Source: Pigmentiphaga sp. (lineage in GTDB: Bacteria; Pseudomonadota; Gammaproteobacteria; Burkholderiales; Burkholderiaceae_B). Taken from it: DNA of 56,436 nucleotides. The stretch's first letter is position 1. Every line of letters starts with the position of its first letter. Where the stretch lies: the NCBI RefSeq assembly GCF_019689535.1, contig NZ_JADGHH010000001.1, forward strand, positions 1 through 56,436, in the 5' to 3' direction. Both the position numbers and the translations under genes were made by a program. The notes under the pieces are model-generated. The model saw only the letters and a program-made list of their open reading frames with translations, made no database searches and was not told the origin of the DNA. Of this stretch, positions 10,897 through 19,422 are shown in pieces.

Positions 10897-10912
10897 GGGA
10901 ACGTTCGTTGCT
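10897..10912 (+). promoter_or_regulatory. Putative sigma54 promoter
   Basis: GGGAACGTTCGTTGCT has GG and GC at -24/-12 spacing and ends about 30 bp before the ATG at 10941. Confidence 0.6.
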
Positions 10913-10940
10913 GCAATCGCCACTGCTAACAAAAGGAGGC

Positions 10941-11282
10941 ATGATGCGAGCAACTCGTTATTTCCTATGTGCGGCCTTGGTGCTGGCTCCGCCGCTGGCA
11001 CTGGCCGGCGAACGCTCTTCCGGTGACGCACTCGATGCCGCCAAGCCCACGCAAGGCCGCGGCAAGACGCATGACACGGGGGCGGAGCAAAAAGGCGCGC
11101 AAGAGCTCCCGTCCGGGGCGCAGACTGGTGGCATGCGCACCGGCATTCCTGAAGGAGCGGGAAAAGGCGGTAAGGATCCGACCGCGAACAAACCGAGCAC
11201 GACTGGCCCCGATGAACCAGCCCGTCCCGACAATCGACGCGGCGCGGGCACGCAGGACAGTCGCACGCCAGCCAGTCGTTGA
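10941..11282 (+). CDS. Secreted low-complexity hydrophilic hypothetical protein
   Basis: AGGAGG RBS, signal peptide ending in ALA, and a Gly/Pro/Thr/charged-rich mature region predicted to be disordered. Confidence 0.65.
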   Translation: MMRATRYFLCAALVLAPPLALAGERSSGDALDAAKPTQGRGKTHDTGAEQKGAQELPSGAQTGGMRTGIPEGAGKGGKDPTANKPSTTGPDEPARPDNRRGAGTQDSRTPASR

Positions 11283-11300
11283 CCAGCTCAACCGTCGTGA

Positions 11301-11522
11301 TCAGCGATGATCGCGACGATACAGTTCCCATTCTTCGATCGTCGTCCCATCCGCGAACAAGCACATTCCGGCCTGCCCGGTTGGGGTGTCGACGATGCGC
11401 AGCGTGCCGCCTTGCTCGCGACAGTAAACGGACGCCGGATTGGCCATGCCGATCGGTCCTCGTTCGCCGGGCGACGTGCATGCGGCAAGGAGCGTGCATA
11501 GGGCAGCGGCGAGCGGTTTCAT
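11301..11522 (-). CDS. DUF333 (putative hemolysin) family lipoprotein
   Basis: Lipobox LAAC and the GMANPASVYC...GG...GMC...EEW signature. Confidence 0.88.
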   Translation of the reverse strand: MKPLAAALCTLLAACTSPGERGPIGMANPASVYCREQGGTLRIVDTPTGQAGMCLFADGTTIEEWELYRRDHR

Positions 11523-11570
11523 GAACGTTCTTCCTGGGGGGCTCGGGCAAGGCGCATGGAGTGCGCTTGG

Positions 11571-11610
11571 AAAAGAAAACGGCCTCGATGCTTGGGCAAT
11601 CGAGGCCGTT
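11571..11610 (-). terminator. Rho-independent terminator of tRNA-Met
   Basis: Minus strand reads AACGGCCTCGAT-loop-ATCGAGGCCGTT followed by TTCTTTT. Confidence 0.85.
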
Positions 11611-11616
11611 CGAATT

Positions 11617-11693
11617 TGGTTGCGGGGACAGGATTTGAACCTGTGACCTTCGGGTTATGAGCCCGACGAGCTGCCAGACTGCTCCACCCCGCG
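11617..11693 (-). tRNA. tRNA-fMet (CAT), initiator
   Basis: Reverse complement is CGCGGGGTGGAGCAGTCTGGCAGCTCGTCGGGCTCATAACCCGAAGGTCACAGGTTCAAATCCTGTCCCCGCAACCA (77 nt): C1-A72 mismatch, GGG/CCC anticodon stem and encoded CCA. Confidence 0.98.
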
Positions 11694-11706
11694 TCTGCAT
11701 GAAGAA

Positions 11707-11735
11707 ATTATATATCGGTCTTCCTGGCAATGCAA
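11707..11735 (-). promoter_or_regulatory. sigma70 promoter of tRNA-fMet (TTGCAT-N17-TATAAT)
   Basis: Consensus -10 with a 17-bp spacer, directly upstream of the tRNA. Confidence 0.7.
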
Positions 11736-11754
11736 ACCGCAGCCGTCGAGCGCA

Positions 11755-13767
11755 TCATGCGCGCTCCTGGGATGTGACAGGGTTTGATGGCGGCACCGGC
11801 GCGACGCCCATGGGGCGCCCAGTTCGATCGCGCCCCGCAGCGAGCGCGCGCGCCGCGTAGAAGGACAGGTGCGCAGCGGTGTCCTGGAAGTGGCGCGCCG
11901 GTGCGGACGCGCCGTGCGCGGCATGGGTGCGCGATTCGCCAGCGTAGCGTTGCAGCGTATCGATGATTTCGCAAGCAGTGGCCTGCGGCTTGCCCATCAC
12001 ATGCAGCGCATCGCGCAAGCACGTGGCTTCCGCAGCGCCGGGCGATCGGCGGAGCAGGGCGCCCGCGCGCATCACTGCCTGGCCGAGCGTCAATGAAGCG
12101 ATGGCGCCATCGATGGCGGCCGCGTCCCGCTCGCGCGTCATGCCCAAGATCAAGAAGCGCAGCCGGGCGAGGTGGCGGGCCGCCCGTTGTGGCGCATCGA
12201 TGTGGCGTGCAATGGCGGCAATCTCGGCACGCATCGCGCGCTGTTGAAGTAGGCGGCGATGTCCTCTCGTGATTGGAGTCAAGTACAGGTAGGCGCAATA
12301 CGTCGCCGCAAAACCCATCAGTATCCATGTCTCGGTGCCCGCTCCGCCGGCCAGGATGCGTGGGCATTGCACCAGTGCCGCGAACAGCATGTTGAACGAG
12401 AGGCCGGCGCACGCGGTGCGCCGGTCCGCCTGGATGGCTGCAGCGGCGAAGGTGATCGGGACGAGCCATGCGATCGGCTGCCAGGCTTCGTGGAGTTTGG
12501 GCGCGATGCCGATCAGCCAACCCAGGGCGGACGCCGCGGCGATGCCGGCGAGTGGCCACTGGGCAAGTGATGTTTGCCGGTCGCACGCTCCGGCCGCGGC
12601 GACAAAGAGGCTGGCGCCCAGCAGGATGAGTTGCGCAGTGTGTTCCCCCCAGGCGATCCATCCGGCTGCAACCAAGGCGCATACCGCCATCGCGCGCAAA
12701 GCCGCCTGGCGCACATTCACGCTTGCCGGCCCCAGCGGCGGGGCGAGGGGCGTGGCCGACGGAGTGTCTTGCAATGAGGCCGTCATGGCGCGATGACTCG
12801 TCGCGATGGCTGCCAGCGTGCGCTCCAAGTCTTCCAGGCAGGCGTCGCATAGCGGGTCGGCTCCCCGCAATTGCCGCGTTGCGGTGCGCACGACGGCAAG
12901 GGGCATGCCGCGCCCTGCCTCGAGGGTCTCCGCCAGGTCGTACAGGCTGGCCTCCAGCTGCTGCAAATCTTCATTGCGTTCGTTGCGCAGCGTCGCAGCT
13001 CGATGGTGCAGGGCGGGCGCCAAAGCGATGAGGTCCAGCAGCGCGCTGAGCAGTTCGCGCAAAGGCTTGAGGCGACGTCGAAGAAACAGCGATCCCGCCA
13101 TGCCATCTTCTGCCGCAGCCTCGAGCTCGGCCAGGGAGGCGGCGAAAGCGCGGTCCGGCGCCGGGGTGTCGTGCTGCGCAGGCATCGCAATCGTGGCGGC
13201 CGTGCGAAGCAGTGCTTCGCGCACCAGCGCATCGGCTTTCTCGATCGCGGCGGTGGCGCAGGAAGAAGGATTCCACGCCGTGACCAGGAGCAGCGAAGCA
13301 GAGATGGCGATGCCCGTGTCCAGCATGCGCGCCAGCCCAAAAAGGGCGACGGCGGTCGGCGTGCCATCCGTCAGGACAGCCGCCATCGTCGCCATGAGGC
13401 CACCCAATGCGGCAGCATGGGCGCGTTGGTCACGCAGTAGGCTACTGGTGCCGCAGCACACGGCGGTCCATGCGGCAAGCGCGGGCAATAGCAGGGCGGG
13501 TGCTTCTCGCGTGCTTACAGTCAATGCTATGGCGGCGAGGCCGCCGGCCGCGACGCCGAACAATTGGGCGACCGCACGTTCGATGGCCCGGCCGCGCGTC
13601 GGCTGGCCGAGCATCCATACTGCCATGGCGGTCCACCAAGGGTTCGCATAAGGCGCTGCATGGGCGAGCGCCATTGCCGACAGCACGGCGACCGCCAGGC
13701 GCAGCGCATAGCTGCGAGGCGAAGGAAAGCGTAATGCAGGGAATAAGCGGAAAAGCTGGCGGTGCAT
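11755..13767 (-). CDS. FUSC family (fusaric acid resistance/AaeB-like) inner membrane protein
   Basis: 670 aa with an N-terminal YALRLAVA...PWWTAM...QPTRG...R TM bundle, a helical linker, and a second TM bundle starting at AALRA. Confidence 0.75.
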   Translation of the reverse strand: MHRQLFRLFPALRFPSPRSYALRLAVAVLSAMALAHAAPYANPWWTAMAVWMLGQPTRGRAIERAVAQLFGVAAGGLAAIALTVSTREAPALLLPALAAWTAVCCGTSSLLRDQRAHAAALGGLMATMAAVLTDGTPTAVALFGLARMLDTGIAISASLLLVTAWNPSSCATAAIEKADALVREALLRTAATIAMPAQHDTPAPDRAFAASLAELEAAAEDGMAGSLFLRRRLKPLRELLSALLDLIALAPALHHRAATLRNERNEDLQQLEASLYDLAETLEAGRGMPLAVVRTATRQLRGADPLCDACLEDLERTLAAIATSHRAMTASLQDTPSATPLAPPLGPASVNVRQAALRAMAVCALVAAGWIAWGEHTAQLILLGASLFVAAAGACDRQTSLAQWPLAGIAAASALGWLIGIAPKLHEAWQPIAWLVPITFAAAAIQADRRTACAGLSFNMLFAALVQCPRILAGGAGTETWILMGFAATYCAYLYLTPITRGHRRLLQQRAMRAEIAAIARHIDAPQRAARHLARLRFLILGMTRERDAAAIDGAIASLTLGQAVMRAGALLRRSPGAAEATCLRDALHVMGKPQATACEIIDTLQRYAGESRTHAAHGASAPARHFQDTAAHLSFYAARALAAGRDRTGRPMGVAPVPPSNPVTSQERA

Positions 13768-13900
13768 CGATGGCCCATCGAAACTGAGCCTCCTCCAGCT
13801 CTGCCGGATCGTGGCGCCCGGCTATGCAGACCCGTCAAGCAGGTCGTGGTGACGATTATAGAGGGTACGGCGTGCAGGCGCGGTGCTTGCCTGCATCCGG

Positions 13901-14686
13901 TCAGTCGGGGGAGATCACCACGCAATCCCGACCGCGGCGCTTGGCCTCGAGCAGCGCCGCGTCTGCGCGTTCGACGGTCTCGGAATAGTGCTCGCCTGGG
14001 CGGTGGGTGCTGACCCCCACGCTGGCGCTGACGGTCCTGGGGTTATCGGGGGCCCATGCGTGACTGCGTATCCGTTGGCAAACGCGATCGACCAGGGCCT
14101 GGGCTGCGTCCGGAGATGCATCGGGCAGCACCAGCATGAATTCCTCGCCTCCCCAGCGGCCGCACAAGTCGTTCTCCCGCAGCGAGGATTCGAGAATGCG
14201 GCTGACGCCTGCCAGGACGCGATCCCCGGCCGCGTGCCCCAGGGTATCGTTGATTTGCTTGAAGTGATCGATGTCCAGCATCGCTACCGAGAAAGGACGG
14301 CCGGAACGTGCCGAGCGTTCGCTTTCCTCTTTCAGCTTTTGCAAGAGGTGCCGGCGGTTGGGCAATCCGGTCAGCACGTCGCGCTTGGACGCATCGCTGA
14401 GCGCCGCGTTCAGGTCTTGCATCATCCGTTGGTAATGGTCGGAGATGCGGGCCAGTTTTTCCAGCTTGCGCAACTGTTTGCGAAAACGTTCGTCGAGATC
14501 GTTTTCCCGCTCCTTGGCCAGCGCTTGGTAGCGGTCGGAAATGTGCGTGACTCGTTCGAGCCGCGCAGACTGGTCGACATAAGCCTGCCAGAGTTGGCCC
14601 AGGGCCTCGTGGAGCGGGTGCCCCTGGTACTCCGGCATGGCGAGCAGACGCTCGATGCGCTGGCAAAGGTCGGTGTCGCGTTTCAT
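13901..14686 (-). CDS. siaD: Diguanylate cyclase SiaD
   Basis: N-terminal coiled coil (ISDRYQ...ISDHYQ), D.LTGLPNRR, DIDHFK, REND I-site and GGEEF; last gene of the siaABCD-like operon. Confidence 0.9.
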   Translation of the reverse strand: MKRDTDLCQRIERLLAMPEYQGHPLHEALGQLWQAYVDQSARLERVTHISDRYQALAKERENDLDERFRKQLRKLEKLARISDHYQRMMQDLNAALSDASKRDVLTGLPNRRHLLQKLKEESERSARSGRPFSVAMLDIDHFKQINDTLGHAAGDRVLAGVSRILESSLRENDLCGRWGGEEFMLVLPDASPDAAQALVDRVCQRIRSHAWAPDNPRTVSASVGVSTHRPGEHYSETVERADAALLEAKRRGRDCVVISPD

Positions 14687-14699
14687 GATGGCGGGCGGT

Positions 14700-15077
14700 T
14701 CAATCGTGGGGGATGATGGAAAAAGGGAAGCTGCAGTCTTCCAGGAATTCTTCCGCCAATTCCGCGACGCGCTCGTTGCGTCGGTCGTAGTGCCAATTGA
14801 CAGCCACTTCGTGTCCGGCCTGGTGCGCTTCTTCCAGGAGGTCAAAGACGTCCATGACCGCCCGGACGCTGCTCGTATTCAAGTAGAGCAAATGCAATTC
14901 GAGCGTCAGCGGCTTCCGGGTTTGCGCCAAAAAGCGCTCGACCCAGTCAATGACCTGGTTGAACAGGTCGAACGAGTTTTCCGGATAGGAGTCTCCCGAC
15001 ATGGTCAGGACGCCTGTCTCCCAATCTCCATTGATGGCGGGAGTGGACTGGCTACCAGGGATCGTCAAATTACTCAT
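14700..15077 (-). CDS. siaC: SiaC phosphoprotein (DUF1987)
   Basis: GDSYPEN, YLNTSS (conserved phosphoacceptor Thr) and WHYD...ELAEEF.ED motifs. Confidence 0.92.
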   Translation of the reverse strand: MSNLTIPGSQSTPAINGDWETGVLTMSGDSYPENSFDLFNQVIDWVERFLAQTRKPLTLELHLLYLNTSSVRAVMDVFDLLEEAHQAGHEVAVNWHYDRRNERVAELAEEFLEDCSFPFSIIPHD

Positions 15078-15092
15078 GCACGTGCTCTTTAC

Positions 15093-15635
15093 TCAAATGA
15101 CGGCCCGCAGGCTGAAAAAACCCCGTCCGGAACTGGTTTCGCGCAACGAGGCGACGAGCGGCTCGCTGGCCTTGCGGGCAATGTCGATCAGCCCTAACCC
15201 GGCGCCAGTGCTGGCGTTGGCGTCGCGGGGCTTGCGCAGCTGTTCCTTGTAGGTTGCCTTGAGCTGCGCTTTGTCGAGCTTGGCCAGTGCGTTGATGCGT
15301 TCGACCAGGGCGCGCCCGTCCGCCAGTTCGACCACGTTGCCGGCAGAAACCACGTGGCGGCCGTCTTCTTTGTGGGCGACCACCACCGTGGCGGTGGCTT
15401 CATGCTCGGCGTAGCCATGCGAGAGCGCGTAATGGCGGATGTTCTGGGTCATCTCGATATAGGCGCCGAAGACGTCCATGGCCGCGGAGGGCTGGACGTG
15501 TTCCGCCTCGAGGTAATTGCGCAAGGCGTTGCCGATCTCCTCGATCAGGCTACGCGAGATCGGCCCGTTGAAGCAAAGCATGATGCGGTCGCGGTTGAAC
15601 GCCTCGCGCATTGCGAACAAATCGGTCGAATCCAT
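15093..15635 (-). CDS. siaB: SiaB protein kinase
   Basis: FNGP.S..LIEEIG.ALR, EMTQNIRHY and GAGLGLIDIARK (GHKL-like) motifs. Confidence 0.9.
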   Translation of the reverse strand: MDSTDLFAMREAFNRDRIMLCFNGPISRSLIEEIGNALRNYLEAEHVQPSAAMDVFGAYIEMTQNIRHYALSHGYAEHEATATVVVAHKEDGRHVVSAGNVVELADGRALVERINALAKLDKAQLKATYKEQLRKPRDANASTGAGLGLIDIARKASEPLVASLRETSSGRGFFSLRAVI

Positions 15636-15657
15636 TCGTGACTCCGCGCAAAGGTGG

Positions 15658-17640
15658 CTACTCAAACTTGAATGACAAAATGGTGATGTCGTCGCGCTGC
15701 GGTTGGCTGCCCTGGTAGTCTACCAAGGCTTGGCCGATAGCCCGGGATTGGGCGTCGAGCGGCAGGCCGCCCACTTTCCTGAGCAGATCCATCAGGCGAC
15801 GGTTGCCGAACGAGAACCCATGTTCCCCGCCCGATTGGTCCAGGAGTCCATCGGTGACGAAGTAGAAGGTGCGTCCGGCCAGCGGCACCGTGGTATTCGC
15901 GTATTGGCCCACGCGCCGTTCGCCCAGGGAACGGCGGCCGCCCTTGTATTCCTCCACTTCATCGCCGCGGCTCGCATACAGGGACATGCGCGCGCCGGCG
16001 AAATACAGCACCCCCTCCTGGCGATCAACATAGGCGAGTCCCGCATCCATGTTCGTGGCCGGCGCGCGCGGCAGCTCGGCATTCTGGAGCATGGACCGCA
16101 TCGTGGCGTCCGTGCGCGCCAGGATCTCGGCTGGGTCACGGGGGCCGGCCTCCGAGATGGCATGGTCGATGGCGGCCCGCGCGAGCATGGTCATGAGGGC
16201 ACCGGGAACCCCGTGGCCGGCGCAATCCACGACCCCCAGCAGGCAGTTCTGCCCATCGGCGCGGAACACGTAAAAATCGCCGCCGACGATGTCGCGCGGT
16301 TTCCAAATGACGAAGTGGCGTGATCCCAGCGATTGCACCAGCTGGCGATCGGGCAGGATGGCGCGCTGGATCAGGCTCGCGTAGTCGATGGAGTCATCGA
16401 TGGTCTTATGGGTGGCGATGATGCGGCGGTTGGCTTCTTCCAGGGCCTGCGTGCGTTCTTGCACCCGCATTTCCAGCTCCGCCGTGTGCGACCGAACTTT
16501 TTCCGCCATGATGCCGAAGGCGCGGCTCAGCTCGCCGATCTCGTCGCTTCCCTGTTGCGGCAGCTTGACGTCATAGCGGCCTGCCGCCATGGCCTGGGCG
16601 GTTTGCTGCAGCCGGCGCAGCGGCGTCAGCACCAGCCGGTCGACGGCATAGCCGAAGCCCAGGACCAGCAGCGCGATGACTGCCGCGAGGGACGAGACGG
16701 CCGGCACCAGCCATTGGGAGCCGATCAGGTTGGCGACGTTCAGCTCCACGGCGGTCAGCACGTACCAACGCAGCTCCGGCAGGTAGGTCAAGGCGACGAC
16801 GGATTTGGCGCCGTTCTGGCGGCCGAAGAGGGTAACCGTCTCGCCTGGTGCGGTCGCGGCGTCGGAGATGGCCTTTTGGAGTGCCTCCCGCCCCGGTCCA
16901 GGGTCGAGCAGGCTCAGGACGGAGCGGCGGGAGGCCTCTTCGGCCGACATGGACTTGAAGGCGATGCGCTCGCGATCCCGATGCGCAACGATGTTGCCCT
17001 CGCGGTCGAATATCACCGGCGTCACGCCCGGGCCGTCCCCCTCGAGGAATCGGTCCAGGAAGGTCGTGAGGTCCAGGCCCGTGCCGACCATGCCCAGTTT
17101 GCGGTCGCCGTCCCGCACCTGGACGTTGAACCAGACCTTCGTGAGGCCGAGTTTCCAATTGAGATCCACCTGGATGTCGTAAGGGGAGGGATCCTCCATC
17201 GTCGAGAAAAACCAGGCGTCTTTGGCCTCTTCGCGCCGCAGCCTATAGTGCGGTGTCTCGAGGGTGGGCTGGCCTGCAGCGTTGTAGTAATACGCCGGGG
17301 TGCCGTCGACGACGAAATAGGAATGGTCGGCGAAGTCGCGCAGGTAGCCTTCCGCTTCTTGGAAAAAACGGTGGCGCTTGGCGGGATCGGCCGGATCCCG
17401 GAGCCACTCGAGGGTCAGTGTCGAGCCTGCCATGCGCTGGGCGAGGACCAGTTCGCGCATGACCGGCGCGAGCAGTCTCTGCAGGCTGAGCAGGGTATGG
17501 TTTCGGGCGTACGCAAGGCCGAAGTGTTCCCTGACCGTATTGATGCCCTGCCAGGCGAGCAGTGCTGCGGGGAGCAATGCGAGGGCGCAGGCCAAAAGCA
17601 GTGCCAGCAATGACTTTCCCCTCAGCCCCAGCGCGCTCAT
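15658..17640 (-). CDS. siaA: SiaA membrane sensor phosphatase (periplasmic sensor-HAMP-PP2C/SpoIIE)
   Basis: Two TM segments, HAMP (PLRRL...DEIGEL), and GGDFY, DCAGHG, TDG, DDIT motifs. Start is MSALGLRGK at 17640. Confidence 0.92.
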   Translation of the reverse strand: MSALGLRGKSLLALLLACALALLPAALLAWQGINTVREHFGLAYARNHTLLSLQRLLAPVMRELVLAQRMAGSTLTLEWLRDPADPAKRHRFFQEAEGYLRDFADHSYFVVDGTPAYYYNAAGQPTLETPHYRLRREEAKDAWFFSTMEDPSPYDIQVDLNWKLGLTKVWFNVQVRDGDRKLGMVGTGLDLTTFLDRFLEGDGPGVTPVIFDREGNIVAHRDRERIAFKSMSAEEASRRSVLSLLDPGPGREALQKAISDAATAPGETVTLFGRQNGAKSVVALTYLPELRWYVLTAVELNVANLIGSQWLVPAVSSLAAVIALLVLGFGYAVDRLVLTPLRRLQQTAQAMAAGRYDVKLPQQGSDEIGELSRAFGIMAEKVRSHTAELEMRVQERTQALEEANRRIIATHKTIDDSIDYASLIQRAILPDRQLVQSLGSRHFVIWKPRDIVGGDFYVFRADGQNCLLGVVDCAGHGVPGALMTMLARAAIDHAISEAGPRDPAEILARTDATMRSMLQNAELPRAPATNMDAGLAYVDRQEGVLYFAGARMSLYASRGDEVEEYKGGRRSLGERRVGQYANTTVPLAGRTFYFVTDGLLDQSGGEHGFSFGNRRLMDLLRKVGGLPLDAQSRAIGQALVDYQGSQPQRDDITILSFKFE

Positions 17641-17661
17641 GACGAATTTCCCCGGACGATT

Positions 17662-17729
17662 GCAACGCGACGTTGCCGCAAAAGCCGCGATTGTGCCGGG
17701 TACGCACGGCACATGCAACGAAACGTTGC
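17662..17729. promoter_or_regulatory. Two identical-arm palindromic operators GCAACG-N3-CGTTGC
   Basis: Copies at 17662-17676 and 17715-17729, in the divergent region between siaA and the DUF1488 gene. Confidence 0.6.
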
Positions 17730-17865
17730 GAGTGGCGGTGCCTGCGCTAAGTTTCCGGTTATACGTCCCGTTACGCCCCGGTGGGTGGACGGGCGGCGCT
17801 GAACGGCCTAGAGTCGAAGATCGCGACGTGCGAATGACAGACTCACGCTTACCGGAGACAAGGCT

Positions 17866-18135
17866 ATGACGACGGAGCTTGCAAAAGAGGTCCGGCCGGT
17901 CGTACTCGGCGGCGCTGTTCGCTTCACCGCCCGGCTCGAGGGCCGGAAATGCCAGGAGTTCGAGATTTCCGCAGACGTGCTGCGGGAGCACTTCGGCGCT
18001 GCCGACTCTTCCCCGGAGGCGTTGCTGGCGGCGTTCCACCGGGGGCGGCAGGAGATTCTGTCGGTAGCCAGCGAGACGGCGCGCCTTCCGACCAGCGGCA
18101 TCGTGCAGCTCGGAACCGGCGACTTCCGCAACTGA
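17866..18135 (+). CDS. DUF1488 family protein
   Basis: VRFTA...G....FEISADVL.EHFGA pattern; GGAGA RBS. Confidence 0.75.
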   Translation: MTTELAKEVRPVVLGGAVRFTARLEGRKCQEFEISADVLREHFGAADSSPEALLAAFHRGRQEILSVASETARLPTSGIVQLGTGDFRN

Positions 18136-18154
18136 TTCCCCTGGACGGCTTCGT

Positions 18155-19069
18155 TCACGAGGCCTTGGCCGCGGTGCGCCGCTTGGCGGCCGTGGCCAGC
18201 CCTATGCCCACCGCGATCAGCAGTGCGCCAGCCAAATGGAAAGCATGGACGCGCTCGCCGAGGAAGATCACCGCGAGCAGCGTGCCGAAAAGCGGCATCA
18301 GGTGCGTGAACAAGCTGGCGGTGCCGGGGCCCACCAGTTCCACGCCGCGATTGAAGAAGAAGTTGGCGACGATGCCAGGAAATACGATGACGTAGCCGAT
18401 CGCCAGGATGCCGGGCAGCCCCGCGGCGATGCGCGCGCCCTGCAGGTATTCGCGCACGTAGAGCGGCAGCAGCATCAGCGCACCCAAGGTGAAGGTGACG
18501 GTCAGCAGGCTGAGCGGATGAATGGCCGGGCGCCGCGTCAACAGGGTGGTATAGAGGCCCCAGACGATGACGGCGGCGATGATCCATGCATCGCCCGGGT
18601 TCAGCGCCAGCGCCATGACGTCCTGCGGCTGCCCGCGCGTGGCGATGGTGGCCACGCCGGCGAGCGAGGCGACCACGCCCGCGATTTGCAACAGGGTGGT
18701 TTTTTGTCCCAGCAGCAGGAAGGAGAGCAACAGCGTAACCATGGGCACCGCTGACTGCATCAGCAAGGCGTTGACGGCCGCGGTGTCCTGCAATCCGATA
18801 TAGACGAGCGTGTTGAATCCTGCGATGCCGAGCAGCGCGAGTAATAGCAGCAGGGGGAGGTGGCGTTTGATGACGGGCAAGTCGGCCCGCACGTGGTGGC
18901 GAAATAGCACGAATAGGATCGCCGTTCCACCCGCCCAGCGCCAGAACGCGAGAGCAATGGGCGGGACGATGCCGTCGACCGCGCGTCCGACGATGAAGTT
19001 TCCCGACCAGAGCAGGGCCGTGGCGGTGAGTAGAAAATAAGCAGAGTTCCAGAGTCGGGAAAACAGCAT
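18155..19069 (-). CDS. DMT/EamA family transporter
   Basis: LWSGNFIVGR...LAFWRW, about 10 TM helices and HLMPLFG. Confidence 0.88.
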   Translation of the reverse strand: MLFSRLWNSAYFLLTATALLWSGNFIVGRAVDGIVPPIALAFWRWAGGTAILFVLFRHHVRADLPVIKRHLPLLLLLALLGIAGFNTLVYIGLQDTAAVNALLMQSAVPMVTLLLSFLLLGQKTTLLQIAGVVASLAGVATIATRGQPQDVMALALNPGDAWIIAAVIVWGLYTTLLTRRPAIHPLSLLTVTFTLGALMLLPLYVREYLQGARIAAGLPGILAIGYVIVFPGIVANFFFNRGVELVGPGTASLFTHLMPLFGTLLAVIFLGERVHAFHLAGALLIAVGIGLATAAKRRTAAKAS

Positions 19070-19195
19070 GGGCGAATTCAGGCAATGGCGGAGGTCCGCC
19101 GGCTGTCCGGCGCACGGCGGCCGGAAAGTCCTTGGCTCTCCTGGGGATTTTCGAAAGCTTGTGACAACCGCGGCCAGGCGCTACACTAGAACCGC

Positions 19196-19277
19196 TGCAA
19201 GAGCGGCCGCTCTCGCCAACGAGCGGGGCAGCCAATGCCGGCGGCCATCACAAGCCGGTGCCGAGATCGCTCTTGCA
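19196..19277 (+). ncRNA. Candidate structured leader RNA upstream of scpB
   Basis: 10-bp closing stem TGCAAGAGCG/CGCTCTTGCA enclosing two further arms, just after a TTGTGA-N17-TACACT promoter-like motif. Family not recognised. Confidence 0.35.
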
Positions 19278-19422
19278 TCATCACAGGCCGGTTCAGCATA
19301 ACGTAGAACTCAGCCCGCTCGCCCAGAAGGTCGGTCGAGCCGGCCGTCCAGGCCGCATTGCTCTAAAGAATCAGAACCCGTATTGGGAATCATACGGATT
19401 ACGCCCGTTTGATCACACGCTC

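Noticed and set aside
13812-13828. TGGCGC...TATGCA sigma54-like sequence near FUSC
   Set aside because: GG-GC spacing is off by one and the site points away from the FUSC gene.
19085-19125. Minus-strand CCGG...GTGCGCCGGAC...CCGG upstream of the EamA gene, reminiscent of a guanidine-III riboswitch
   Set aside because: The 3' pseudoknot partner (an ACGGCGC-like segment) is absent, so the similarity is probably chance in GC-rich DNA. A cmscan would settle it.
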